Shown: piece after piece, positions 11,072 to 26,818 of the stretch
Layout of the letters: each line of letters begins with the position of its first letter
Numbering within the stretch: position 1 is the stretch's first letter
Assembly: GCA_963779615.1 (NCBI GenBank)
Contig: CAVZZA010000004.1
Location: forward strand, 224,001-288,000
Direction: 5' to 3'
DNA length: 64,000 nucleotides
From: an uncultured Nitrososphaeraceae archaeon
GTDB lineage: Archaea > Thermoproteota > Nitrososphaeria > Nitrososphaerales > Nitrososphaeraceae
Program-made: the position numbers and the translations under genes
Notes under the pieces: generated by a model
Database searches by the model: none
Seen by the model: only the letters and a program-made list of their open reading frames with translations
What the model was told of the DNA's origin: nothing

Positions 11072-11881
11072 ATGAACGAAAAAGAGTTAAAGGATAGATT
11101 TATCGACTTTCTTAAAAACAATAACAGTCATAATTTTTTTCCAAAATGCGACGTTACCCCAAACAACATCATAGAAATAAGGAATGAGGGGTTGAACAAA
11201 AAATTCGACTTTATTTTGGCAATGATTAAACCAAAGGACCTGAATACGAAAAAAATTAGAAACAAATCTATTGAAATTGATGCGGATCTGAAAGGTATTT
11301 TTTTTAGAAACCAATTGCTCAAGTCCATTTCAGAAAAATACAAAATAAAAATACAAAATTTAATTATCTACCCCATTGAAATCAAATCAGACAAAGACAA
11401 ACTTGATGAACGGCTAGCAAATCAAATCATTGAAGCAATTTTAATTTTTGGCCGTTCAATCGTAATTTTAGACAATGACCATGCCACCAAAATAAAAAAA
11501 AACGGACTTAGCAAGATAGTGCCGTCAACGATAATTGGATATTCCAATGAAAAAAAAACATTTTTTTTACAGAATAACTACAATAGGATATATTCAGATA
11601 GTCTTCTTAACATTGATAAAATCAACCTCATTAAAACACTTGAAAATTCTAAAGTAGATGTCAATTATAATGATCTGCACAGAAACTTGAGGAATATTCA
11701 GAATATAAACCAAAAATTGATTTATAACAAGATTTTCAACAACGACATATCTTTGTTTGATGACGAAATTCAATTTATAAAAAACTTTTCAAACATCAAC
11801 CAAAAGATTTCCCTGAAAAAGGAAATAATAAGGCTAGTGAAGGAATCAAAAAACTACAAAATTACCGAATTTATCAGTTAA
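11072..11881 (+). CDS. hypothetical protein, possible PD-(D/E)XK nuclease-like fold
   Basis: KFDFIL ... IEIKSDKDKLDERLANQ resembles the E-x-K motif of sce7726-like PD-(D/E)XK proteins. Confidence 0.5.
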   Translation: MNEKELKDRFIDFLKNNNSHNFFPKCDVTPNNIIEIRNEGLNKKFDFILAMIKPKDLNTKKIRNKSIEIDADLKGIFFRNQLLKSISEKYKIKIQNLIIYPIEIKSDKDKLDERLANQIIEAILIFGRSIVILDNDHATKIKKNGLSKIVPSTIIGYSNEKKTFFLQNNYNRIYSDSLLNIDKINLIKTLENSKVDVNYNDLHRNLRNIQNINQKLIYNKIFNNDISLFDDEIQFIKNFSNINQKISLKKEIIRLVKESKNYKITEFIS

Positions 11882-12233
11882 CCGTTACTAAACCAGTTTC
11901 ATCATTAGCATAGCCAAGAAAATTTATCCTAATTATATGGATTTTCCCCCTTCCAACTGGAAAAGTGATTTCCAAATCATCCAACCTGTCAGATGTTTCC
12001 TGTCCTTCTATTTTTTTGATAACTACATGAATAGTCTCATGAGAAATTACCCTTTCAATTAAAGATTCAATATGACCAAAGCTGTCTAGTCCATTCATCT
12101 CCGAGAACTTGGACTTTACAAGCATTAACGAATATCCTATCAGCTTGTTTTGGGAATATTCTGGGTTATCATATGTGCAGTATTCCTGAGACTCATCAAA
12201 AGAACATGCAACAAAAACATCTATTATCCCCAC
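11874..12233 (-). CDS. small hypothetical protein with HExxH zinc-metallopeptidase motif
   Basis: VISHETIHVVI. Confidence 0.55.
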   Translation of the reverse strand: MGIIDVFVACSFDESQEYCTYDNPEYSQNKLIGYSLMLVKSKFSEMNGLDSFGHIESLIERVISHETIHVVIKKIEGQETSDRLDDLEITFPVGRGKIHIIRINFLGYANDETGLVTVN

Positions 12234-12336
12234 AGAATATTTTTACAAATTCTAATAAAAAAAATTTACGCAACAACAATGCGGGCAAATAAATAAGTAT
12301 GGATTATATCAAACTGACCATTTTAGATATTTAGTT

Positions 12337-14289
12337 ATGCGGATTTTACAATTACATGTTGATTATGTAGAATATTATCCGATTAGTAAAGAAATTAACG
12401 AAGCTGAGTCTGAGACGATTAAGGAAAAAAAGAGAATTGAAGACACAGTCGTCATTTTGATGTCTATTGAAAAGAATGACAACAATGAATCAATAATCAA
12501 GGACCTGGTCAATGAAGTTAAAACATATCTTGACAAAATTAAATGTGGTTCAATTTTACTGTACCCTTATTCTCACTTAAGTTCTAATCTGGAAACACCC
12601 AGTGAGGCCTATAGCGTGTTATTGAAAATAGAGAAAAATTTTAAGGAAAACTTGGGTGACGAAAAGGTTTTTAGGGCTCCCTTTGGCTGGACAAAAGAAC
12701 TAAATCTAAAAATCAAAGGACACCCATTGGCTGAAAACTCTAAAGCCTTTACAAGGAAAGAGGAAGGGAAAGGGGAGGAGAAGGAAGATGCAAACAACAA
12801 ACTGATTGATAAGAATGAAGATAGTGCATCATCATCAACAACATCATCCACAGTATCTACTGCACTAACTGCTGAAAATTCACTAAAGTCTTATTGGTAT
12901 GTTTTAGATACTCAAGGAAATTTGATCCCTTACGCAGACTATGCTTTTCAAAAAAGTGAAGAAAATTTAAAAATGCTATTTAACTATGAGCTGTCTAAGA
13001 AAAGGGTTGTTGATGAGCAACCACCTCATGTTAAACTAATGAAAAAACTAGGGATAGCGGATTATGAACCCGCCTCTGACCCAGGCAACATGAGATTTTA
13101 TCCAAAAGGCAGATTGATAAAGTCTCTTTTGGAACAATTTATAACAACAAAAGTCTCACAATATGGCGGACTTGAGGTTGAGACACCCATCATGTATGAC
13201 TCCCATCATCCCTCCATGGAAAGTTACTTTAACAGGTTTCCAGCAAGGCAATACAACCTCAAGTCAGATCAAAAGGAACTTTTCCTTCGTTTTGCTGCTT
13301 GTTTTGGCCAATTCTTAATGGCAAAAGACCTTCAGATTTCATATAAAAACTTACCATTAAAACTGTATGAGCTTACGAGATACAGTTTTAGAAGGGAGAA
13401 AAGCGGAGAGCTCGTTGGCTTGAGAAGGCTGAGGGCATTTAGTATGCCGGATTGTCATGCCTTTTGCAAAGATATGGAACAATCAAAAGCTGAATTTATG
13501 AAAAGAATAGCCCTTTCCATATCAGTTATTGAAGAAACTGGGCTTTCTCTGTCTGAAGATCTAGAGATGGCAATCAGATTTACAGAGGATTTTTATCTAG
13601 ACAACAAGGATTTTATAAAACAGATTTCCCTTAAAATAAAAAAACCGATATTGGTAGAAATGTGGAAAGAAAAATTCTTTTACTTTATACTAAAATGGGA
13701 ATTTAATTACATAGACAATTTAGGAAAAGCATCTGCACTGTCTACAGACCAAATTGATGTAGAAAATGCATTGCGGTACGGAATTACGTTTATAGATGAG
13801 AATGGCGACAAGAAACATCCCATAATTTTGCACAACTCTCCTAGTGGAGCTATAGAAAGGGTGATTTTTGCATTGCTGGAGAAATCATCCAAAATGATGA
13901 AACAGGGAAAAATACCGTTTTTACCGCTATGGTTAATGAATACCCAAATTCGGTTAATTCCAGTAAATACGAATTTTATCTCAAAATGCATGGAAATCAG
14001 CAACTATCTCAAAGAGAACAGAATTCGTGTTGACATAGATGACAGAGATGAATCGCTGTCTAAACGCATAAGGGAGGCTGAAATGGAGTGGATTCACTAT
14101 ATTGCCATAATTGGCGAAAAAGAAAGATCCGGAAATGTTGTTTCTATTCGAGATAGGCTTGATAAAACTAATTATGAGTTAACAAATGAGGAGATAAAGG
14201 AAAAGATAGGCAGCAAAGTCAAAGACAAGCCCTTTATGCCCCTAAATCTACCTGATTTATTGTCATTGCGACCTAAAATAATGACTTGA
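12337..14289 (+). CDS. thrS: threonine--tRNA ligase (archaeal type with N-terminal editing domain)
   Basis: MRILQLHVDY, YPYSHLS, RAPFGW and GHPLAE editing domain; FRREKSGELVGLRRLRAFSMPDCH and HNSPSGAIER. Confidence 0.97.
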   Translation: MRILQLHVDYVEYYPISKEINEAESETIKEKKRIEDTVVILMSIEKNDNNESIIKDLVNEVKTYLDKIKCGSILLYPYSHLSSNLETPSEAYSVLLKIEKNFKENLGDEKVFRAPFGWTKELNLKIKGHPLAENSKAFTRKEEGKGEEKEDANNKLIDKNEDSASSSTTSSTVSTALTAENSLKSYWYVLDTQGNLIPYADYAFQKSEENLKMLFNYELSKKRVVDEQPPHVKLMKKLGIADYEPASDPGNMRFYPKGRLIKSLLEQFITTKVSQYGGLEVETPIMYDSHHPSMESYFNRFPARQYNLKSDQKELFLRFAACFGQFLMAKDLQISYKNLPLKLYELTRYSFRREKSGELVGLRRLRAFSMPDCHAFCKDMEQSKAEFMKRIALSISVIEETGLSLSEDLEMAIRFTEDFYLDNKDFIKQISLKIKKPILVEMWKEKFFYFILKWEFNYIDNLGKASALSTDQIDVENALRYGITFIDENGDKKHPIILHNSPSGAIERVIFALLEKSSKMMKQGKIPFLPLWLMNTQIRLIPVNTNFISKCMEISNYLKENRIRVDIDDRDESLSKRIREAEMEWIHYIAIIGEKERSGNVVSIRDRLDKTNYELTNEEIKEKIGSKVKDKPFMPLNLPDLLSLRPKIMT

Positions 14290-14320
14290 ACAATACCATT
14301 TAACTGCATGTTAAGCACGG

Positions 14321-15304
14321 TTAGTTTTTAATGAATTTGTGCGTGAGAATTCTCATAAGGGTTTGGGTGGCTAGGGTGCCTTCCCTATAGTCATTATTTT
14401 TCAATCCGGTTTCTACAAAATCAAGCCCAGTCAGATTAGACGAATCATCAATGTTATTGATTATTTCAATTATTTGAAATGGGTTTAATCCAAATGGTTC
14501 AGGGGTTCCAGTGCAAGGAACATATGAAATATCATAAACGTCTATATCAAATGAGATGTAAACACTCCTATTCTCGGTTTTTTCCTTTATTCCGTTTAGC
14601 ACGGTGGCAAATGAATTATGGCAGTCCCAAGCATCAAAAGTCATAATGCCGTTTTTGGATGCAAAGTCGTTCTCATTTTTGTCGGCCTGCCTAATTCCTA
14701 TTTGAACAAGATCTGAACCTTTCAGGTATCCCTCCGTTATTAAATGATAAAATGGAGTGGTATGACAGATTTTCATTCCATTGTAAGTTGGCTTTAAATC
14801 TCGGTGAGCATCAAAATGCAGCAATACGGGATTCTTTTTTGAAAACTCTTTAAATACGGAGTAAGTGATTGTGTGTTCTCCCCCCAGAAGGACAGGAGTT
14901 TTTTTTAAGCTCATCAATATAGACATTATTTCAGAAATTTGACTGTCAAACTCACCCCAGAATAACTCTATATCCTTTTTTTTGCTATCAGGATTAGGAA
15001 CATCATTAGATAATAGTAGATCACCCAAATCAAATACGAGAGACCTTTCAAAAATTTCGAGATTTTTTTCAAAAACGAGCGTTTCTATTTGATTTGCAGA
15101 TGTTTTTCTGATAGCTTCCGGACCGGAAGAAGCAGTTTTACCAAATGTGGTGGTTATGTCGATAGGAAGGCCGACAATGTTTATATTTGAATCCTGGAAA
15201 GAGACAGGTTTTGGAATGTCACAAAAACTACATCCGGAATTTGTATCTTCTGGTTTAACAAAAAAACCTTCCAAGGACGATAAATTTTTCAAAGTCATAG
15301 CCAT
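14321..15304 (-). CDS. speB: agmatinase / arginase-family ureohydrolase
   Basis: GGEHTIT, FDAHRD, SFDIDVYD and GTPEPFGL. Confidence 0.85.
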   Translation of the reverse strand: MAMTLKNLSSLEGFFVKPEDTNSGCSFCDIPKPVSFQDSNINIVGLPIDITTTFGKTASSGPEAIRKTSANQIETLVFEKNLEIFERSLVFDLGDLLLSNDVPNPDSKKKDIELFWGEFDSQISEIMSILMSLKKTPVLLGGEHTITYSVFKEFSKKNPVLLHFDAHRDLKPTYNGMKICHTTPFYHLITEGYLKGSDLVQIGIRQADKNENDFASKNGIMTFDAWDCHNSFATVLNGIKEKTENRSVYISFDIDVYDISYVPCTGTPEPFGLNPFQIIEIINNIDDSSNLTGLDFVETGLKNNDYREGTLATQTLMRILTHKFIKN

Positions 15305-15332
15305 TAACCGTAATAATAATTTTTAAATCATC

Positions 15333-18056
15333 TTAATTCCAGAATAACTCATCTAAATTTGCTTGCCGTGGCTTTCCAATTATTGATTTGAAATTTAAAT
15401 TTAAGGATGAAAGAATTTGATCAAATGTTGATTCCATGGCCTCTAGATATTTTTCAGTGTCAATGTCATTTTGGTTGGCTAATGCCACAGGTTTAACGCC
15501 ATCAAGAGTCCTGGTCTTCACATATGAAATAATATCTCCTGCCTTTACCTGTTTACCTATTTCAACCAATTGATTTGCCGCTTTTATATGCTGGGGAATA
15601 CCCTTTATATTTTCAAAATCTTTTTCCTTGCCATCCAAAGAGGGGGATTTATCATACCGCCTCTCAGTTGTTTTGATGCCATAACTACTTGGCGCCTTGT
15701 TAATCATAACGTTAAAGCTTAATTCCTCCAAGGAAATTCTTTTTTTTTCCAAGTTTTCTGCAATTGATTGGACTATTTTTTTTATCTTTTCCTTTGCTTT
15801 CTCAAAATCTTTTTCTGAAAATATTTCTTTGAGGACATTCAAAATTTCATAGAAAGCTTGCCTTATTATTGGAGGTGTATGAGATTTTTTTCCAGTTAAT
15901 CCTTTAACATCGACAGTCCCATCCTCCAATACACCTAGGTAGTTCTTTTTTAAGTCGCTAAAAACTACGTATCGATATCGTTTATCTATTTCTAAATCTA
16001 TGCCTAATTCTTTTTTAGACCAGGAAGAAATTCCATCTAATCCTTCCTTGGAAGGATTCTTTAGGAACAGAGAATCCGTATCACCATAAACAACCTCAAT
16101 TTTTTCTTCATTGCATTTTTCAATAGTTTTTGTTGTGGTTATCCTTCCAACCGCCGCGGTAGCCTCAGCTACAGGTAAACAATAGAGAGGAAATATTTCG
16201 GCACCCATAACTCCATACGTAGCATTTAAAATGACCTTTATAGCCTGACTGATCACACTGTAAAGTTGTTTATCCTCTTTACCCAAAGAATTATCCTTTG
16301 ACAGAAATTTATAATAATTAACTCGCAGATCCCTTAAGGTTCCTATCAATATTGAGGTCATTCCTTGTTTTTCCTTGCAAACCCAGTGGTTTGTTTGCTC
16401 AATATGTGTCAACGGATCGTTCCTGCAGTTTTCATGGGGACAATTGACTGTTTCATAAGATAGATTGTGAACTTTAATTATGCTGGGATACAGACTAGCA
16501 AAATCTACAACTATGACATTGAAATGAATGCCTAAAACTGGCTCAACTACCAAACCCCCTCTATACTTTTTTTCTTTTATAATAGCAACTGTAGACGATG
16601 TTCCTTTTTTTTGTAATTCATCCTTGCGAGGAATAATGATGTTTTGCTGTCTATGCTCAAAAAACATCATAGATCTGATCCATTGATTTACCCCGAACCT
16701 AGTTATATCTTCTATAGACATTCTGGATATTCTGGAAATGATAATTAACAATTTCATAAGCAAATTGTCATTAAAGGACGTCAATCGAAAAGTCAGATCT
16801 GCATCTTTGAGGCAATACTCGGCTAGTTTTTCTAATGGGAGATCACCTATGCTTTCATCAAAGTCTATTTTTGAATCATTTAAAAGCGCTTCGCATATTG
16901 CGTTTAGAGTAAATTCAGAGTATTTATGACTAAAAGCATAATTCTGCACAGATTTGTTTTGAAATGTCCTGAATAAATCGATATGAATGCCATGTTTCAA
17001 AGAAACGGGGTCCGCCTGAATACCCCTTTTGATAAAAGAGTCTTTTTTAACCAAAATAGGCACCAATTCTTTACTAATAGGTTTTTTGTGCAATGGATCT
17101 ATTGACGGGTCTTGAGATCTAGCATATAAATAAGGTAAATCAAAATCATCACCATTAAAAGTTAAAAGAATTGGATAATTTTGAATTACAGTAAAAACTT
17201 TTTGTATCATATCCTTTTCGCTATCACACAATTCGACGGTTGCTGCGTCTAGTTTGGAGGGATCAAAATTTGGATCTTTTTTTAAAACGAATACCTTCCT
17301 GAATCCATCGGATGCCGATAAACCCACTGCGGTAATTACTTTGTCGTGATCTCTAGCTGTTGGCATCCTTCCCTCTTCAGAGTCCACTTCTATATCTAAA
17401 GAAATTCTTTTGATGTCGGGAATAGGTTGGTTTAATAACCTTGACCATTTTAACAGAAACTCATCGTATTCATTACTGTTTGACTCTTTTTTTTTAAAAC
17501 TAGGTTTAATAAGATTATCCAGATATTTGTCAACTTTCTCAGGAATTGGAAATTCATGAAAAACCAAATTATTGCCCACCCTGTTATAAAATGCTCCTGG
17601 AATTAGACCCAAATCGAACAAATAACTTTCATGGTATTTAATATCAGCTTCCCAAGAAGTAACCTTTTCCCTAAAACTATTATCTGTTCCACCAATAGAA
17701 AGAGGGTCGGGGGCAATTATTTTAAAAACTGATATTTCCCTGTCTACAATATCATCCATTTTTTTTATTTTTTCTAGTTTAAATCTGTGTGACTCTTTGC
17801 TAACTATTGTTCTAACCTGGTCAGCATAGAGTTCCTTTACAAAGCAATAAGGTTGATGTTTATTAACATGATTTTCAATAAAGGATTCACTCCAAAAGTA
17901 TATTTGAGAATCTTCTGGATTGTAAAATTTTAAGAATACTGATTTTTTCTCCCCTATGTAAACAGAAGAAAGTAACAATGATGGAACATTTTCTGGAAGT
18001 TTTTTTTGATAATAATTATTTTTTTCCTCCAGAGACAAGTCGGATTTTATCACCAT
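15333..18056 (-). CDS. polB: family B DNA polymerase (PolB1 type)
   Basis: Exonuclease DIEVD and FNGDDFD; polymerase DFASLYPSII, KVILNATYG, YGDTDS and KKNY. Confidence 0.97.
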   Translation of the reverse strand: MVIKSDLSLEEKNNYYQKKLPENVPSLLLSSVYIGEKKSVFLKFYNPEDSQIYFWSESFIENHVNKHQPYCFVKELYADQVRTIVSKESHRFKLEKIKKMDDIVDREISVFKIIAPDPLSIGGTDNSFREKVTSWEADIKYHESYLFDLGLIPGAFYNRVGNNLVFHEFPIPEKVDKYLDNLIKPSFKKKESNSNEYDEFLLKWSRLLNQPIPDIKRISLDIEVDSEEGRMPTARDHDKVITAVGLSASDGFRKVFVLKKDPNFDPSKLDAATVELCDSEKDMIQKVFTVIQNYPILLTFNGDDFDLPYLYARSQDPSIDPLHKKPISKELVPILVKKDSFIKRGIQADPVSLKHGIHIDLFRTFQNKSVQNYAFSHKYSEFTLNAICEALLNDSKIDFDESIGDLPLEKLAEYCLKDADLTFRLTSFNDNLLMKLLIIISRISRMSIEDITRFGVNQWIRSMMFFEHRQQNIIIPRKDELQKKGTSSTVAIIKEKKYRGGLVVEPVLGIHFNVIVVDFASLYPSIIKVHNLSYETVNCPHENCRNDPLTHIEQTNHWVCKEKQGMTSILIGTLRDLRVNYYKFLSKDNSLGKEDKQLYSVISQAIKVILNATYGVMGAEIFPLYCLPVAEATAAVGRITTTKTIEKCNEEKIEVVYGDTDSLFLKNPSKEGLDGISSWSKKELGIDLEIDKRYRYVVFSDLKKNYLGVLEDGTVDVKGLTGKKSHTPPIIRQAFYEILNVLKEIFSEKDFEKAKEKIKKIVQSIAENLEKKRISLEELSFNVMINKAPSSYGIKTTERRYDKSPSLDGKEKDFENIKGIPQHIKAANQLVEIGKQVKAGDIISYVKTRTLDGVKPVALANQNDIDTEKYLEAMESTFDQILSSLNLNFKSIIGKPRQANLDELFWN

Positions 18057-18532
18057 ATTTTTATTTCATTCATCCTTTTAAAAATTAATGACTTGATTTT
18101 TTGGAAAAGCCGCCGAATTCAAAATGCCCAAAAACATCAAGATTGCTGTCATGACAAGGTTATTTTTGAAAAGGTTAATGCATTATGATTCAAAGACTCT
18201 AAGGTGCAAAAGGATATTCCTATAATGTTGTCCAGGTGAGACAAATTGTTAAATTTGTATTGTCCATAACCACACAGCAAAATAAAAACAAGAAGAATTA
18301 GATTTAAAAAATTAGTGTTTAGTTTTCGCTATCCTATCAAAGATTGTAAGCAATGGATATACGAACTTAAAATAAAGAAAAAGATAAAATATTTCAGTAG
18401 GATGCACAAGTGTAATTACTTTTAAAATGTCAATAAAAGGGAAGCTCATTTAAACATCGTCAAGAGGGAGGCAAGAAGCCTTGGATAAAGGGATATGTAC
18501 TGCGTTTTTGCAGTTTTGTATGATTTTAAAGG

Positions 18533-18552
18533 GTAAAAATAAGATTTATATT
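18533..18552 (+). promoter_or_regulatory. probable rRNA operon promoter (BRE + TATA)
   Basis: Purine-rich run followed by TTTATA at 18545-18550, about 25 nt before a structured GC-richer leader. Confidence 0.45.
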
Positions 18553-18921
18553 GACAGCCACGCCACGAGTAATAGAACGCGTCCAAGACAAAAGGCGGCG
18601 TCGGTGATGAAGTTGGCTTGTGCCATAATGTGATTTACTGACCTCCAGATGCGCTCGTTACATTACCGATTAACATCATAATATTAAAAACAGTGGAATG
18701 ATGGATGGGGATTCGATCAGCACATCGGAACTGACTTGATAGATCGAATCTGACATGGGAAGATCAGATAGACATTGAAAAAGATTTATTATAATAGCAC
18801 AAAAGGCATTATAAGCAGAATTTGTGTTTCTGTAATGACATGTGATATGGTATAATGCTTAAGAAAACTAAAAAATAGACAAGTATAGTAAAGTTTTTCT
18901 TTCTTTTTCGATCGTACTCTC

Positions 18922-19003
18922 TTTCTCTGCTTCTGCACACCTGCCGTTGCCTGCTTTTCCAAAGAAAAAAACGGGCATGCCGGTAGTGGCAGATGCAGAG
19001 AAA
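18922..19003 (+). other. long imperfect hairpin in the rRNA 5' external transcribed spacer
   Basis: TTTCTCTGC.TCTGC...CTGCCG..GCCTG pairs with CGGGC..CGGTAG..GCAGA.GCAGAGAAA. Confidence 0.6.
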
Positions 19004-19254
19004 AAACTCAATAAGCGTTCTTTTGTGTTGATCATTGCCATTTCTTTTTTCCTCGCGTTCATCCCGCAACTGGGGGGCAAAGGGGGGAAGAGGAACAGGG
19101 AGTGAGAGACCAAAACTACGTATACTAAAGCAAAAGTCAACCGATAGGTAATAAATAATGCATGTGTGTGTTTTGTGATGTTTTGTCATGAAAGCAAAGC
19201 AAAGCAAAATGCATGTGTGTGTTTATCATCTATGTTTTCATTATTATTTTTTTG

Positions 19255-20724
<1,470 letters not shown>

Positions 20725-21377
20725 AGTTATCATCTTGCAACACAGAGCATAAGACAAAAAGAGAAAAATGGGTGAAGAGGGAGGAAAACTCAACTAACCA
20801 ACCAACTTACTTGTTTCCTTGAAGTTTTTGGATGCTTTATATGGTTTTATGTGCGTTGCAAACGCGGAAACTGCTGATGATGTCTGTGCAAGTATTATGA
20901 TGAACAGCAATATTACGCTCTGTGAGAGAATATACGACATATGGTCTCAGAGAGCAGTTAATTAATATTAAATGTCTATCTGGTATTTTTGCATGCATAA
21001 AGTCAAGTCAGTATTACCGAACAAAAAAAACCACTGAATTAGTAAATAAAAAAAAACGGATGCAATTCTTTGTCACAAAACTGAGGAGTTGGGGAGACAA
21101 AGGATGAAGTTGGCGTAGCAGAGTACCCTACATAAAATGTAGTGGTGCTGCCTGCGATGATGCCGTGTATAGGATCAAACCATTAAAAAACATAACAAAT
21201 ACATTAGAATATATTAAAATCATAATGATTCACGTAAAAATGAAATAGTGAATAATTAACAAAATAATGTATATCTGGTTGTAGCGCAGTGTAATATATT
21301 AAAAACATACCAAGTTTTATTCTAAAAAAATAGAAATAAATTAGTTATTACCATCAATAGAAAATAAAACTGGAGCT

Positions 21378-24332
<2,955 letters not shown>

Positions 24333-24541
24333 GTTGACAAAACAAAACCGACAGACAGAAAAAAAGGATAAAGGCTAAAACTAAATATACGCATATTTTG
24401 TTAAACTCATCATTTCATGCGTAAAGAGTCATTTAGTTTATCGATATGTATCTGATTATTGTTATGTAGTATGTTTTAATGGATATTGATCATAAAATTT
24501 AAGTATAGCCCATATTATCTATCAAGAGTATAACTATTAGA

Positions 24542-25360
24542 ATGAGTTTGGTTTCGGATGAAGAAAGAAACGAGACAATGGATTTTATAAATATATTAGG
24601 ATATAGCATACGATATATCAAAATAGACAAAACAAATTCAAATGAAACCATAATTCTGCTTCATGGTATTGGAGCTTCTGCAGAACGATGGTCAGAATTA
24701 TTTCCTTTACTAGATGATTATAACGTAATTATACCAGACATCATTGGTTTTGGTTACAGTGAAAAGCCAAGGATAGAATACAACATAGATTTATTTGTAA
24801 GGTTTTTGGATGAATTGTTTCTAAAATTTGAAGTCAAAAACCCTATAATGGTAGGCTCCTCTTTTGGAGGTCAACTGATTTTAGAGTATCATTTTAGGCA
24901 TAAAGACTTTTTTAAGAAAATGATCCTGGTGTCCCCGGCCGGCACACAAGAGAGGCCGACACTGGCGTTAAGGCAATACACCTACTCATCTTTATACCCA
25001 ACCAGGGAAAATACCGAAAGAGCTTTTAAAATGATGTCACATAACAATCATCAAGTAAAAGAATCAACAATAAAGGATTTTATAAACAGGATGAAGCAAC
25101 CCAATGCAAAACACTCATTTGTATCAACACTTTTAGCACTGAGAAAAAATAGTGATTTGCAAGACAGCTTGAAAGAAATCAAAATTCCCACTTTGGTGAT
25201 ATGGGGAGAAAACGACACCACTATTCCGGTAGAGAACATAGAGTACTTTAGAGGCATTCCTTTTGTAAAAACACGTATTATGGAGGGTTGCGGTCATGTA
25301 CCTTTTGTTGAAAACCCTCTTGAATTTTACAAAATAGTGAAAAAATTTATCGAATCCTAA
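24542..25360 (+). CDS. alpha/beta-fold hydrolase (candidate PHA depolymerase/oligomer hydrolase)
   Basis: LHGIGAS oxyanion loop, GSSFGG nucleophile elbow, WGENDTTIP and GHVP; adjacent to the pha genes. Confidence 0.85.
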   Translation: MSLVSDEERNETMDFINILGYSIRYIKIDKTNSNETIILLHGIGASAERWSELFPLLDDYNVIIPDIIGFGYSEKPRIEYNIDLFVRFLDELFLKFEVKNPIMVGSSFGGQLILEYHFRHKDFFKKMILVSPAGTQERPTLALRQYTYSSLYPTRENTERAFKMMSHNNHQVKESTIKDFINRMKQPNAKHSFVSTLLALRKNSDLQDSLKEIKIPTLVIWGENDTTIPVENIEYFRGIPFVKTRIMEGCGHVPFVENPLEFYKIVKKFIES

Positions 25361-25416
25361 TTTTTAACATAAATATTATATTCAACATTAAAATATTATC
25401 GAATCAAATCACTTCT

Positions 25417-25719
25417 ATGAGCAACGAGAATGAAGAAAATAAAGATAATTTAGATTTTAAGAAATCAATTGAAAAAGCTGCGGAATTCCAGCAGGATTTA
25501 TTGCGACAGTTCTCCACAATTCAATACAATGCATTTCAGAATATGTTTTCATCTCTACAAGGGTTTACGAATTATAATGCCATGTTTAAAACTACTGTAC
25601 AAACGGGTGGGAGAATCTCAATCCCCGAAGCAGAAAGAAATGCTTTGGGAATTGAGGAGGGTGACCTAGTTCAAGTTATAATTATACCACTAACAAGGAA
25701 AAAGAAAAGCACTGGTTAA
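25417..25719 (+). CDS. AbrB/SpoVT-domain regulator resembling haloarchaeal granule-associated PhaR
   Basis: C-terminal FKTTVQTGGRISIPEAERNALGIEEGDLVQV AbrB domain after a Gln/Phe-rich helical N-terminus; convergent with phaC. Confidence 0.75.
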   Translation: MSNENEENKDNLDFKKSIEKAAEFQQDLLRQFSTIQYNAFQNMFSSLQGFTNYNAMFKTTVQTGGRISIPEAERNALGIEEGDLVQVIIIPLTRKKKSTG

Positions 25720-25732
25720 AACAATAAATCTA

Positions 25733-26818
25733 TTAATGTGTTTGAATCCATTTTCCAATTTTTGGCAAAACATTTTTTTGCGAAAAATTGCTAGCAATCA
25801 ACCCTACATGCCCTGTAGGAAATTTCATTAAACTTTTGTCTGAACTTGAAATTAGGTTGTTCAGAGAGCTACTGCTGTCTGAAGTTACCAGATGGTCAAA
25901 TTCAGCCACTACATTAAGAACGGGAACCTTAATGTTTGATAAATTTATCTTGTTTTCGCCCACAATCATCTTGTTTTTTGAAAAAAGATTTCGCTGATAG
26001 ATATCCTTTACCCATTGCCTGAATGTTTCCCCAGCAATAGGAGGTGTATCATATAGCCACTTCTCTATTCTTAAAAAATTTTGGACAAAGCTTTCATCTT
26101 CAAAGTTGTTAAATAAATTAAAGTATTTGTTTACACCTTGCTTGAACGGCTTTAGTGATGCATAAACCAGATATAAGAGTTCATATGGAAAATTTTCATG
26201 ATAGGATAGTATTTTATCAATATCCATATGTTCAGCCATGTTTTTTATTACGGACCTATCTTTCTCGGAGTCAACAATGGGTGCAATGGTAATTAAACTT
26301 CTAACGTTTTTTTGATACAATGAAGTGTACATCAAGGACATTGTACCCCCCATGCAATATCCCTGTAATGAAATCTGATCGACGTTTTCTATATTTTTTA
26401 TGTATTCCACACAATCATAGATAAATAAATTAACATAGTCATCAACAGTGATGTATTTATCCAGTCTTGATGGTGGCTTCCAGTCAATTAAATAAACATT
26501 CATACCCTGTTCCAGCAGGTTCCTTATCCAACTTTTATCGTTCTGCAAATCCAAAATATATGATTTATTTATTAATGCATAAACAATCAAAACAGGATAC
26601 TTGGAAGTTTGTTTTTTTAGTGGTTTGTAATGTAATAAACGAAAGAGGGTTGTTTCTTTTATTACCTCATATTCACTTTCACCTGTCTTGATTTTGTCTA
26701 TATTTGACAATAATTTTTTGATTTCTTTTAATTTTGAGAGGTTGTCGGGATTCTTTATAAATGTAAAATAATCATTTACTAAATAATTAAATAACGAATT
26801 ACTCATTGTTTTTCTCAT
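25733..26818 (-). CDS. phaC: class III poly(3-hydroxyalkanoate) synthase subunit PhaC
   Basis: PVLIVYALINKSYILDL, lipase box GYCMGG, DHLV and TGHVGL. Confidence 0.95.
   Translation of the reverse strand: MRKTMSNSLFNYLVNDYFTFIKNPDNLSKLKEIKKLLSNIDKIKTGESEYEVIKETTLFRLLHYKPLKKQTSKYPVLIVYALINKSYILDLQNDKSWIRNLLEQGMNVYLIDWKPPSRLDKYITVDDYVNLFIYDCVEYIKNIENVDQISLQGYCMGGTMSLMYTSLYQKNVRSLITIAPIVDSEKDRSVIKNMAEHMDIDKILSYHENFPYELLYLVYASLKPFKQGVNKYFNLFNNFEDESFVQNFLRIEKWLYDTPPIAGETFRQWVKDIYQRNLFSKNKMIVGENKINLSNIKVPVLNVVAEFDHLVTSDSSSSLNNLISSSDKSLMKFPTGHVGLIASNFSQKNVLPKIGKWIQTH

Noticed and set aside
20725-21377. Absence of spacer tRNA-Ala and of a linked 5S gene
   Set aside because: Normal for Nitrososphaerota rRNA operons; not novel.
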